Of a stretch of 64,000 bases of DNA, positions 9,688 to 18,465 are shown in pieces. The notes below the pieces were generated by a model. That model did not search any database. It saw nothing but the letters and a program-made list of their open reading frames with translations, and was not told the origin of the DNA. The translations under genes were made by a program, and so were the position numbers. Each line of letters begins with the position of its first letter. The first letter of the stretch is position 1. The stretch covers positions 224,001 to 288,000 of the forward strand of contig OZ242041.1 of assembly GCA_965205215.1 (NCBI GenBank), read 5' to 3'. The DNA comes from Nitrosopumilus sp. Lineage in GTDB: Archaea > Thermoproteota > Nitrososphaeria > Nitrososphaerales > Nitrosopumilaceae.

Positions 9688-9849
9688 TCACTTTTCCCTG
9701 GCGTCGAGCTCAAACTCGGAAGACGACAGCTTTTCGCCGCATGCGGGGCACTTGCCGTTGTTCGAGGCCATCGCGTCTTTGAGGGACTTTAGCATCTTCA
9801 TGTTTGTGATCTTTTCGCCGCACTTGCCGCATACCACATTCACAGACAT
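9688..9849 (-). CDS. Small zinc-ribbon protein (53 aa), missing from the ORF track
   Basis: MSVNVVCGKCGEKITNMKMLKSLKDAMASNNGKCPACGEKLSSSEFELDAREK; TTTTATT box ~25 bp upstream. Confidence 0.85.
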   Translation of the reverse strand: MSVNVVCGKCGEKITNMKMLKSLKDAMASNNGKCPACGEKLSSSEFELDAREK

Positions 9850-9901
9850 GATACACCGGTCGGAGGGCGCAAAATAAAATTGTTGTCGCGCGGCGGGCCG
9901 T

Positions 9902-10279
9902 TCAGGAAGCGCCGTCGTCCTTTGAGATTACTATGCCGCGCTCATCAAAGCCGGTAATCTTGGCCCTGGTACCGACGGGCAGATCAGCCGGAGTCGCAAT
10001 GTCCGCCATGAACCCCGATATGCGGAGCTCGGAATCGTCGAGGCGCAGCACGACAAACGCGTACGGGGTATACCCTTCGAATCCCGCGGGGGGGACGGTA
10101 ATTATCGTGTACGTAGCAACGCTGCCGCGCCCTTCCAGCACGACGGGCTCAAAGCCCTTTGCCCCACAGCCCTGGCAAAAGTAGACCGTGCTCAGGTGCA
10201 GGCGCCCGCAAGCGGTGCACTTGTGCGTAAACACCTTGCCCTCTCTGGCGTAATTTATCATCTGTTCCTTTGCAGACAT
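9902..10279 (-). CDS. DUF35 Zn-ribbon/OB-fold thiolase partner protein
   Basis: CTACG..CQGCG, G.VATYTII.VPP.GF...PY; adjacent to a thiolase. Confidence 0.92.
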   Translation of the reverse strand: MSAKEQMINYAREGKVFTHKCTACGRLHLSTVYFCQGCGAKGFEPVVLEGRGSVATYTIITVPPAGFEGYTPYAFVVLRLDDSELRISGFMADIATPADLPVGTRAKITGFDERGIVISKDDGAS

Positions 10280-10285
10280 CTCTTC

Positions 10286-11443
10286 TTACACGCCTTGGAA
10301 TATGTGGACTGCGCAGCTGGCGCCCGTGGCGCCAAAGTTGTGCGTGAGTCCTATGTGGGCGTCCTTCACGGTACGCTCTCCTGCGCGCCCCGTCAGCTGG
10401 TCGTACACCTCGACCACCTGCCCGACGCCGGTGGCTCCAATCGGGTGGCCCTTGGACTTTAACCCCCCGGACGGGTTTATCGAAATTTCAGAGTTGAGGC
10501 TCGTCCTTCCCTCGCGCACCGCCTGTACGCCCTCCCCCTTTTTGAAGAATCCCAGATCTTCCGTGTCAACCACCTCCGCTATCGTAAAGCAGTCGTGCAC
10601 CTCGGCAAAGTCCACGTCCTTTGGGGTTATGCCGGCCATCTTGTATGCCGCGTCCGCGGCTATCCTGGTGCTGGGGATCGTGGTGAGGTGCTCCCGGCCC
10701 TGCAGCGCCGCGGGCGAGCCGCCCCGGCCCGAGCCTGAAACCTCTACATAATCGCCCCCGTGCTCCTTGGCAAACTTTTCAGAGCACAGGATTACAGAGC
10801 TGGCGCCGTCAGAGAACGGGCAGCAGTCAAACAGCTTTAGCGGGCTTGCGATCACGGGGGAACCCATCACGTCGTCGACCGTAATGCGCTTTTTGAGGTG
10901 CGCCTTTGGGTTCAGGAACCCGTTTTCGTGGTTCTTGACGGCGACCCTGGCAAAGTCCTCCTCGGTCGCGCCAAACTCGGTCAGGTATGCGCGCGCCATG
11001 GACGCAAACAGCCCCGGAAACGACGCGCCGGCCTGGCCCTCGTAGAAGAAGTCAGAACAGTACGCAAAGTAGGTCGTGGTCCACTCGGTGCCGGTATGCG
11101 TCACCTTTTCGACTCCCGTGACCACAAGGCAGTCGTAGAATCCGGCGGCCACGTTTGCATACGCCTCCCGGAACGAGACTGATCCGCTGCCGCACGCCGA
11201 CTCTATTGACAGGGACGGGCGGTCCGATATCCCCAGGTTGCTCATCAGGACGGGGCCTATGTGCACCTGCTTGTCCGCCACGCCGAACACGTTTGAGATG
11301 TAGGCGGCCTTTACCTCCTTGGGGTCTACGCCCGCATCCTCGATTGCCGCAACGGAGGCCTGTGTGGTAATGTCCACAATGCTGTCATTGGCCAGGTTTC
11401 CATACTTTGTGCTTCCCGCTCCAAGGACGCAGACCTTCTCCAT
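10286..11443 (-). CDS. Archaeal thiolase (acetyl-CoA acetyltransferase family); start corrected to MEKVCVLGAG
   Basis: ESACGSG, NPKAH, DCCPFSDGA, EVHDCFTIAE, NPSGGLKSKGHPIGATG, HNFG. Confidence 0.95.
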   Translation of the reverse strand: MEKVCVLGAGSTKYGNLANDSIVDITTQASVAAIEDAGVDPKEVKAAYISNVFGVADKQVHIGPVLMSNLGISDRPSLSIESACGSGSVSFREAYANVAAGFYDCLVVTGVEKVTHTGTEWTTTYFAYCSDFFYEGQAGASFPGLFASMARAYLTEFGATEEDFARVAVKNHENGFLNPKAHLKKRITVDDVMGSPVIASPLKLFDCCPFSDGASSVILCSEKFAKEHGGDYVEVSGSGRGGSPAALQGREHLTTIPSTRIAADAAYKMAGITPKDVDFAEVHDCFTIAEVVDTEDLGFFKKGEGVQAVREGRTSLNSEISINPSGGLKSKGHPIGATGVGQVVEVYDQLTGRAGERTVKDAHIGLTHNFGATGASCAVHIFQGV

Positions 11444-11492
11444 GCGGCGCGTAATCAGAATCCCTATAAAAATCGTAATAGCAACATATCTC

Positions 11493-12095
11493 ATGAAAGA
11501 AGCCGCCAAGCGCCGCGCCGGGCCTGCAAGTGGCAAGAAGGGCGGCAGCACTGGTACCAAGATCACAAGAAAGGCGGCGGCGGCGGCAAAGAAGGGATCC
11601 GGGCAGGCAGGCAGAAAAAGGCGCGCCAAGGCCGGCGCCGGATCCGCGGCGGCAGGACGGGGGCGGCGTCACTCAGACAGGCACTCGGTTCACGCCACAA
11701 AGCCGGAGGCCGAGACGCTCAGAAGACAGCTCGTGCAGTATATGGACTCCGGCGGGTACGTCTCGTGGTCCGCAAAAAAGCGCCAATACATGATACTCGG
11801 GACGAGTTCCACGGCGGGCGGGCTGGTCCCGTGCCCCGACTGCGGCATAGGCCAGCTACTCGTAATAAAGTCGCCAAGGACCGGCAAGCGCTTTATGGGG
11901 TGCTCCAACTTTTACGGCGGGTGCGACGCCTCGTCGCCGCTCCTGCAGAGGGCGCGGCTGCGCGCCACGAAGAAGGCATGCGGAACGTGCGCGTGGCCCG
12001 AGGTGATATTCCGCTACTCCTCAAAGCAGAAATGGACGAGGCAGTGCTCCAACATCGCGTGCCCCACGAGGGGTCAGGCGCGCAAGGACGGATAG
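11493..12095 (+). CDS. Stand-alone topoisomerase IA C4 zinc-ribbon protein with basic N-terminal tail
   Basis: CPDCG..L....S.RTGKRFMGCSNF...C; CGTC...CSNIACP; K/R/A/G-rich first ~60 aa. Confidence 0.85.
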   Translation: MKEAAKRRAGPASGKKGGSTGTKITRKAAAAAKKGSGQAGRKRRAKAGAGSAAAGRGRRHSDRHSVHATKPEAETLRRQLVQYMDSGGYVSWSAKKRQYMILGTSSTAGGLVPCPDCGIGQLLVIKSPRTGKRFMGCSNFYGGCDASSPLLQRARLRATKKACGTCAWPEVIFRYSSKQKWTRQCSNIACPTRGQARKDG

Positions 12096-12886
12096 ATGTC
12101 GGTCCTGCGGTTCTTCAAGAGCGGGAGGGCCTTGCGCGTCTCCCTTACCTTTGATATGTCAACGTCCACGTATCCTATCCCCTCCCTCTGCTTCATGTCA
12201 AGGAGCACCTTGCCGTACGGATCCACTGCCATGCTGTGCCCACAGTATACGTGGCCCACCTGGTCGGGCGCAATCACGTAGCATCCGTTCTCTATTGCGC
12301 GCGTGCGGTTCAGCGTGCGCCAGTGCTCCTTTTTCATGTACCCCCCGACCCACGCCGAGGGCGCGACCAGCACCTCGGATCCGGCCGCGGCAAGCGAGCG
12401 CGACATCTCCGGGAACCTCAGGTCGTAGCAGACCATCATGCCGATTCTTCCTATCGCGGTCCTGACCGGTTTTGCCATGCCAGAGCCGGGCGCCATCTTG
12501 TCGGACTCCTTGAACCCGAGCGCGTCGTACAGGTGGATCTTTCTGTACGTGGAGATTATCCTCCCCCTCTTGTCGGATACGAACAGCGTGTCATACACAC
12601 GGTCGGGCCGCGGACTCGTCTCGTATATGGAGCCGACGACCTGTATGCCGTTCTTCCGGGCCGCCTCCGCTATACAGGAGACAAACTCGCCCGTAACCGG
12701 CTCGGCTTCCGACGCAAGCTGCTCGGGGGTCTGCGATGAGCTCGTATACAGCATCATGAACTCTGGAAATGCGCACAGGGAGGCCCCCCGGCCTGCCGCC
12801 CTCTCGACGTACGAGAGTATGCGGCCTAGGTTCCTCTGCTTTGACGTGGATGCCTTGAACTGGACTATGGCAGCCTTCAACGCCAC
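12074..12886 (-). CDS. Carbon-nitrogen hydrolase (Nit/nitrilase family)
   Basis: FPE, YRKIHLYD and VCYDLRFPE give the Glu-Lys-Cys triad; GTG start inferred. Confidence 0.93.
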   Translation of the reverse strand: MALKAAIVQFKASTSKQRNLGRILSYVERAAGRGASLCAFPEFMMLYTSSSQTPEQLASEAEPVTGEFVSCIAEAARKNGIQVVGSIYETSPRPDRVYDTLFVSDKRGRIISTYRKIHLYDALGFKESDKMAPGSGMAKPVRTAIGRIGMMVCYDLRFPEMSRSLAAAGSEVLVAPSAWVGGYMKKEHWRTLNRTRAIENGCYVIAPDQVGHVYCGHSMAVDPYGKVLLDMKQREGIGYVDVDISKVRETRKALPLLKNRRTDIYPSLRA

Positions 12887-12941
12887 GGGGCGCGCGCCGC
12901 GCAATAAAGGTTTAATCAAAAAAACGGTTACGGGGTTTCAC

Positions 12942-13118
12942 TCAGAGCTGCTTTCCGGCAAGGAACCAGTTCTCCTGTGGATTCTCGTCAAACACCACGA
13001 TGACGTGCTCTTTCTTCGTGCCCAGTATCTCCACGGCGGATTCGGTCAGGGCCCTTGCAAACTCGTCCTTCTGCTCCTGCGTCCTGCCGGGATACATCGA
13101 GACTGTAACCAGTGGCAT
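12942..13118 (-). CDS. 4-oxalocrotonate tautomerase family protein
   Basis: MPLVTV (catalytic Pro1), GRTQEQK, W..AG. Confidence 0.92.
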   Translation of the reverse strand: MPLVTVSMYPGRTQEQKDEFARALTESAVEILGTKKEHVIVVFDENPQENWFLAGKQL

Positions 13119-13143
13119 GGCCGCGATTCTGCGCACGCGGGAT

Positions 13144-13914
13144 TTATTCGTAATAGTCCGGCCTGTACCCGTACCTGGTCCCGTACAGCGGGGGCGGATC
13201 GAACGCCCTCCTGTACGCGTACGCCGTGATCAGCCCGATCGCAAACCCCCCGATGTGCGCAAGGTACGCGACGCCGCCGCCTGCCACGCCGAACCCCCCC
13301 ACCAAGTACGGGAGCAGGTTCTGCATGATGAGCCAGAACGGCATGAACCACTTTGCCTGTATGTGCAACATGAAATAGCCCACAAACGTGAGGATGCGGA
13401 CCCTCGGGAACAGCACCAAGTACGCCCCCATTATGCCCGATATGGCGCCCGACGCGCCGACTGCCGGAATCGGGCTTGTGGCGTCGCCGTATATGTGGAC
13501 CAGGCCCGCCACGACCCCCCACATCAGGTATATTCCCAGAAACTTGAACTTGCCGAACTTTTGCTCTATGTTGTCCCCAAAGACCCACAGAAACAGCATG
13601 TTGCCGCCAAAGTGCAAGAGTCCGCCGTGCATGAATATAGAGCTGAGCAGCGACGTATACTGCATGTCGGGACACGGTATCGACACGGCGCCCGCCCCGA
13701 AGTTTATCAGCGACTCGCTGGCGCCCGTGACGCAGTTGGGCACGGCCCCCCAGCTGTAGAACATCGCAAACGCGTTGCGGTTTGTAAAGTCAAAGAACTG
13801 GCCCGTATACAGCACCTCAAATACGAAGACGATGGAGTTTGCAATTATCAGTATGATCGTCATGACGGGACGGAATCCCGGTGGGTGCGGGTTCTCGTCC
13901 TTTAGTGGGATCAT
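13144..13914 (-). CDS. Rhomboid family intramembrane serine protease
   Basis: FMHGGLLHFGGNMLFL, GASGAISG, AHIGGF. Confidence 0.95.
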   Translation of the reverse strand: MIPLKDENPHPPGFRPVMTIILIIANSIVFVFEVLYTGQFFDFTNRNAFAMFYSWGAVPNCVTGASESLINFGAGAVSIPCPDMQYTSLLSSIFMHGGLLHFGGNMLFLWVFGDNIEQKFGKFKFLGIYLMWGVVAGLVHIYGDATSPIPAVGASGAISGIMGAYLVLFPRVRILTFVGYFMLHIQAKWFMPFWLIMQNLLPYLVGGFGVAGGGVAYLAHIGGFAIGLITAYAYRRAFDPPPLYGTRYGYRPDYYE

Positions 13915-14017
13915 ATCAAAGCTGTTGGAGGAAAATTGACTAAATAAGATTTGTCAAGCCAGAGCGGGCAGGGCCGCTCCGTGTCTGTAATTTGAGAAAC
14001 TGTCGCGCGGCCTACCG

Positions 14018-16426
14018 TCAGGGCCGGGTCTTGGCACGGGAGCTCAGTCGGGCCCGTGCCAGCCGCGCGCACCCCACGGCCGCAAACGCTGGAATGCCCA
14101 CGTACATTCCAATGTTCAGGAGTATTACCGACATGCCGTACCCCAGCATCTCCGCTTCCGTGTCGATGCCCGCATGCTCCAACAGCGAGAGTGACGACAG
14201 CATTGGCGTCAGCAGAACCTTGGTTGCCTCCCTGATTGCCGGGTTCTCCCTCTGAATGTCTGCCACAGACGGGGAGAACGTATAGTATATGGAATTGAAG
14301 CCAGACATGAATGCGGTTCCGGATGAGGTTGCAAGTACGGTGCTGTCCCTCAGCTCCCTGAGCTGCTGGACTTGGGGCGCAAGCTCGGAACCAAATGCGG
14401 CAGTCGCGATAAGGCAGCCGCCGCCTTCGTCTGCGGGAATCTCGACGGCATCATCCATCATCGTGACGTGTTTCTGCCTCATCGTCTCGTGGTCGGCCCG
14501 CATCATGTCGTGGTCGTCACTCATTGCCTTGTGATCCTTCACCATAGTCTCGTGCAGGCCCATCATTTCATCGTGCATCTGCGCCATCATCATCATCATC
14601 CCGTCGTCACCCATGCCCGTACCGTGCCTGTCCATTACCTGCATGTGCTGCTGCATGACCGTCTCGTGGGCCTCGACCATCTCTCCATGCCCTGATATCT
14701 TCGCCTCATGGTCCTTGATCATCCTCATGTGCGCATCAATGTCCATGGGATCGCTGTCGTCGCTCATCATGGCCTCGTGCTCCTTCATCATGGCCTCGTG
14801 CTCCTTCATCATGGCCTCGTGCTCCTTCATCATGGTCTCCATCTCGTTGTTCATGGCGGCCATCTCGTCTTGTTCCGTGTCGCCGCCCATCATCATGCCG
14901 CCGTGGTCCATGCTGTCGCCGTCGCCGTCGCCGCCCATCATCATGCCGCCGTGGTCCATGCTGTCGCCGTCGCCGTCGCCGCCCATCATCATGCCGCCGT
15001 GGTCCATGCTAGACATGTCGTGCGGCTCGCTGATCACAAAGGAGATCCTAACAGACGAGGAGGTTCCCTCTATGTTTGCCACCTCGAGTGTTGCAATACC
15101 CGTCTCATCAAACGTGGCCGTAATGCGGTCACCCCCCTCGGGCGCCTCGCGTCCGGCCTCGGACAGCACGACATCGTCGCCTAGTGACAGTCTCATGTCG
15201 TACGTGGCCCCCGGAATATGGTCGTCAGAGCCCTCATGACGGATCACAAGTGACAGCGTCAGCTCGTTTCCGGGATGCAGCATGCCCGCAGGCTCAGCCG
15301 ACACGCGCACGTCATAGTTCCCGTCGGCGCCCCCAGTCGACCTCGTTATTACCGCGTCCCCCGCCTCAATTGACGCGTCGCCGCTTATCTGGTGCTGGCG
15401 CTCGGCGCCGGCCCTTATCTCAAACACCATCCTGTCAAGATACCCGGGTTCCAGATTTTGCATCATCTCAAGCAGCTTGCCAGAGGACAACAGGTAATGC
15501 ACCACCGTCTCATCACTGCCGGAGCGGTCCACCGTGCCGAAATAGTCCATTCCGTTTACTGCAAGCAGTATGTCATGGTTCTCAAAGAGATCAATTGATT
15601 TCGGGATGAAGAACTCGGCGTGGATGAACGATGCCGCCTCTATGTACTCCTCGGTCCAGACAAACGGCATCTCTACTGAGACACTCCTGGCCTGTTCGTC
15701 GTATGAAAATTTGTCAACCCTGTCAAAATAAGTGGCAAATGTGATATCCGACGGCATGCCGTCAATCTCGACTGTAAACGGAACATACTGGCCCATGCTG
15801 AACATCACCTCGAAGGTGGAATCCTCGCCAGCGGACACGGGCTGCGAGTCAATTGACTTGACTGTCGCATGTACGTAGACTATGCCTCCCTCCAGAAATA
15901 CAGGGGCCTTCAACGTGGCCGGGGAGTCGTCGGATGCCAACCAAGATCCCTCCTTGGCGCTCTCGCCGGATACCTCGACGGGTGCATCCGTGGAAGGTTG
16001 GATCAGGATACTCAGACTTTCACCAGGCGAGTACGCGTCAAGGGATGCAAGCGAGGCGTCCCTGTCACTGCCATCGACAAACGTCAGGCTGTACTCTACG
16101 CCGGACACTGAGATGGCAGGTTCCGCGTCCACATTCACCAAGGATATGGTCATTGCGACATGCTCCTCGTCACCGCTCAATATTGCAGGGTTGGTCGTGA
16201 TCTTGAGCATGTGATAGTCGCCGTTTATCAGCAAGAGTTCACTGTCAGCTGAACCGGAACTTCCCGCATAAGCCTCCTCAAACATGCCGTCATACGCAAA
16301 GAGTACGGATGCCGACACAAGCGTCGCCACAAGCATGAACGACAGTGCAGTATGTCCAGACCCATGCCGTTGCAACACAGTACCATATGGAACGGACGCA
16401 GTATAACTGTCAATCGCAGCGCTCAT
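14018..16426 (-). CDS. Exported protein with conserved TY(F/Y)D-HxE-VHF domain, His/Met-rich region and CFI-box-CTERM tail
   Basis: N-terminal hydrophobic segment ending AYA; GGCLIATAAFGSELAPQVQQLRELRD..FMSGFNSIYYTFSP plus C-terminal TM; start uncertain. Confidence 0.85.
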   Translation of the reverse strand: MSAAIDSYTASVPYGTVLQRHGSGHTALSFMLVATLVSASVLFAYDGMFEEAYAGSSGSADSELLLINGDYHMLKITTNPAILSGDEEHVAMTISLVNVDAEPAISVSGVEYSLTFVDGSDRDASLASLDAYSPGESLSILIQPSTDAPVEVSGESAKEGSWLASDDSPATLKAPVFLEGGIVYVHATVKSIDSQPVSAGEDSTFEVMFSMGQYVPFTVEIDGMPSDITFATYFDRVDKFSYDEQARSVSVEMPFVWTEEYIEAASFIHAEFFIPKSIDLFENHDILLAVNGMDYFGTVDRSGSDETVVHYLLSSGKLLEMMQNLEPGYLDRMVFEIRAGAERQHQISGDASIEAGDAVITRSTGGADGNYDVRVSAEPAGMLHPGNELTLSLVIRHEGSDDHIPGATYDMRLSLGDDVVLSEAGREAPEGGDRITATFDETGIATLEVANIEGTSSSVRISFVISEPHDMSSMDHGGMMMGGDGDGDSMDHGGMMMGGDGDGDSMDHGGMMMGGDTEQDEMAAMNNEMETMMKEHEAMMKEHEAMMKEHEAMMSDDSDPMDIDAHMRMIKDHEAKISGHGEMVEAHETVMQQHMQVMDRHGTGMGDDGMMMMMAQMHDEMMGLHETMVKDHKAMSDDHDMMRADHETMRQKHVTMMDDAVEIPADEGGGCLIATAAFGSELAPQVQQLRELRDSTVLATSSGTAFMSGFNSIYYTFSPSVADIQRENPAIREATKVLLTPMLSSLSLLEHAGIDTEAEMLGYGMSVILLNIGMYVGIPAFAAVGCARLARARLSSRAKTRP
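14762..15010. repeat. 21-bp repeat x3 (MMKEHEA) and 48-bp repeat x~2.6 (SMDHGGMMMGGDGDGD)
   Basis: Visible in DNA and in the translation. Confidence 0.9.
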
Positions 16427-16442
16427 ACCAACCAAGCCTCCA

Positions 16443-18416
16443 TTATGACGGGATCTCCACGAATATCTCAGAACCGTCGTCGCCCGCAGAGGTGCCCGTG
16501 TCCAGCACCAGCGCCCGTGTAACGATATCCAGTGAGTCGGCAGTCGTATACGGATCTGGGAGTGTAAGATCCTCATATTCGATGTATATGGTGTCGCCGT
16601 CCGACACGCGCAGCCTGTCCTGACTGTCGGAGCGATCCGTAGTGGTCATGATGAACTCACCCTCCAGATAGTTGTAGTGGTGGGGGTGATCATATCCCTC
16701 GAGGTAGTCAGGCACGTTTCCCTCCTCAAACGAGTCGTGTCTGGGCACGACTTCCTTGATTACTGCCTCCGGAGCCACTTGGAATGAAAAGTTGACCTGC
16801 TGTGATGCATCATCAAAGATGTCCTTTATTACGATACGGACGGATCCTCGCTCGTCAAACCGGATTGGCTCGAGGCCCTGTCCGTCCGCAAATGAGCGGT
16901 CGGCACGGGTCTCGACAAGCTCGCCGTTGAGGTATACCTCCATCGTATATGTCAGGCCCATCTCGTGCACGTCGGTCATACCGTCGTGCGCCATGAGGTT
17001 GACTACATAGTCCTGGCCGACTCCGAGCAGCCCCCCAGGCTCCCACCAAAAGTAGACCTTCCACCTGCCGTCTTCCGTATATTTCGTAAGCGAGCTTGCG
17101 GCAGGCTCCGTAAGGTGTCTGTCACTGAATCCGTCTTGGATGGTGGCGTGCTCCATAAATGGAGTAAATTGTACACCCACATGAATTCCGGTAAGATCAG
17201 TATCAGAATATACACGGACATAATTGGTGTGGAATTCGGCGTGATGTATCCACAGATCCTTGTCGCGCAAGAAGAACGTGACCTTTTCATTGACATCATA
17301 TACCGGTTTGTGGAATTGAACCTCTCCAATCTCCCATTCGTATGTCGCAGATTTTTGTATGATCGTATCCTCGTTTGGTTCCCAGGATACGGTAATCCGT
17401 CCGTCTTGCGGTTCTGTTGCTATCAGAACGGCGCGGTCATGAGATGAGATCTCGGCGCCGCTGTTGTGCTGGGGCGCGGTCATGTCGGGCGCGGTCATGC
17501 CGCCGTGGCCTCCGCCGTGCTGGGGCGCGGTCATGTCGGGCGCGGTCATGCCGCCGTGGCCTCCGCCGTGCTGGGGCGCGGTCATGTCGGGCGCGGTCAT
17601 GCCGCCGTGGCCTCCGCCGTGCTGGGGCGCGGTCATGTCGGGCGCGGTCATGCCGCCGTGGCCTCCGCCGTGCTGGGGCGCGGTCATGTCGGGCGCGGTC
17701 ATGCCGCCGTGGCCTCCGCCGTGCTGGGGCGCGGTCATGTCGGGCGCGGTCATGCCGCCGTGGCCTCCGCCGTGCTGGGGCGCGGTCATGTCGGGCGCGG
17801 TCATGCCGCCGTGGCCTCCGCCGTGCTGGGGCGCGGTCATGTCGGGCGCGGTCATGCCGCCGTGGCCTCCGCCGTGCTGGGGCGCGGTCATGCCGCCGTG
17901 GCCGCCTGAATGTCCCCCGCCATGGGCGGGAGGCCCGTTTTCGGTGGAACCGGTCACGCCATGGGTGGATATACTAGTATGAAACGAATCGTGTACGAGA
18001 TAGTTAGGCGCTCCGGTCATCTTGACAACACCCATAAATATTCCAGTATCAAATCCGGTCTCCGAAAAGTCCACCTCCGTGACTCTCTGCGGGCCGGTAT
18101 ACACCTTGATTGGGTTCTCCGGCGTGCCGATAACGTCTATCTTGTCAGAGTCGTCGTTCCAGCCCGGCGCGTATATCAGGACGTTTATACGATCCGTCCA
18201 TCCTAGCCCCTCATACCTTTCGTTACAGTCCTGCAGGGTGAACGCCTCGTTTGTACAAAATTTCATTATAATTCCAGTAGTCTTTTTTACAATCGTAAAA
18301 CCTGTCTCAGCTGATGCAGACTGCAACAGCGTCGGGGCGATCGCAGCAGTGCCTATAATCAATATTGCCGCAACAGTAGCGCCGGCCAGAACTGTTTTGT
18401 CCGGCATACCTACCAT
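16443..18416 (-). CDS. Exported surface (S-layer-like domain) protein with His/Gly/Met repeat insert
   Basis: Signal peptide ending ASA; ETGFDTGIFMG and RLRVSDGDTIYIEYEDLTLPDPY motifs resembling nitrosopumilid surface-layer domains (from recall, not searched). Confidence 0.75.
   Translation of the reverse strand: MVGMPDKTVLAGATVAAILIIGTAAIAPTLLQSASAETGFTIVKKTTGIIMKFCTNEAFTLQDCNERYEGLGWTDRINVLIYAPGWNDDSDKIDVIGTPENPIKVYTGPQRVTEVDFSETGFDTGIFMGVVKMTGAPNYLVHDSFHTSISTHGVTGSTENGPPAHGGGHSGGHGGMTAPQHGGGHGGMTAPDMTAPQHGGGHGGMTAPDMTAPQHGGGHGGMTAPDMTAPQHGGGHGGMTAPDMTAPQHGGGHGGMTAPDMTAPQHGGGHGGMTAPDMTAPQHGGGHGGMTAPDMTAPQHGGGHGGMTAPDMTAPQHNSGAEISSHDRAVLIATEPQDGRITVSWEPNEDTIIQKSATYEWEIGEVQFHKPVYDVNEKVTFFLRDKDLWIHHAEFHTNYVRVYSDTDLTGIHVGVQFTPFMEHATIQDGFSDRHLTEPAASSLTKYTEDGRWKVYFWWEPGGLLGVGQDYVVNLMAHDGMTDVHEMGLTYTMEVYLNGELVETRADRSFADGQGLEPIRFDERGSVRIVIKDIFDDASQQVNFSFQVAPEAVIKEVVPRHDSFEEGNVPDYLEGYDHPHHYNYLEGEFIMTTTDRSDSQDRLRVSDGDTIYIEYEDLTLPDPYTTADSLDIVTRALVLDTGTSAGDDGSEIFVEIPS
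17467..17901. repeat. 51-bp tandem repeat, 8 exact copies plus a partial (HGGGHGGMTAPDMTAPQ)
   Basis: Directly visible. Confidence 0.97.
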
Positions 18417-18465
18417 ATATCACATAGCAGATTTGCCTATAAAAAATAAGGCGCGTATTTGAAAT

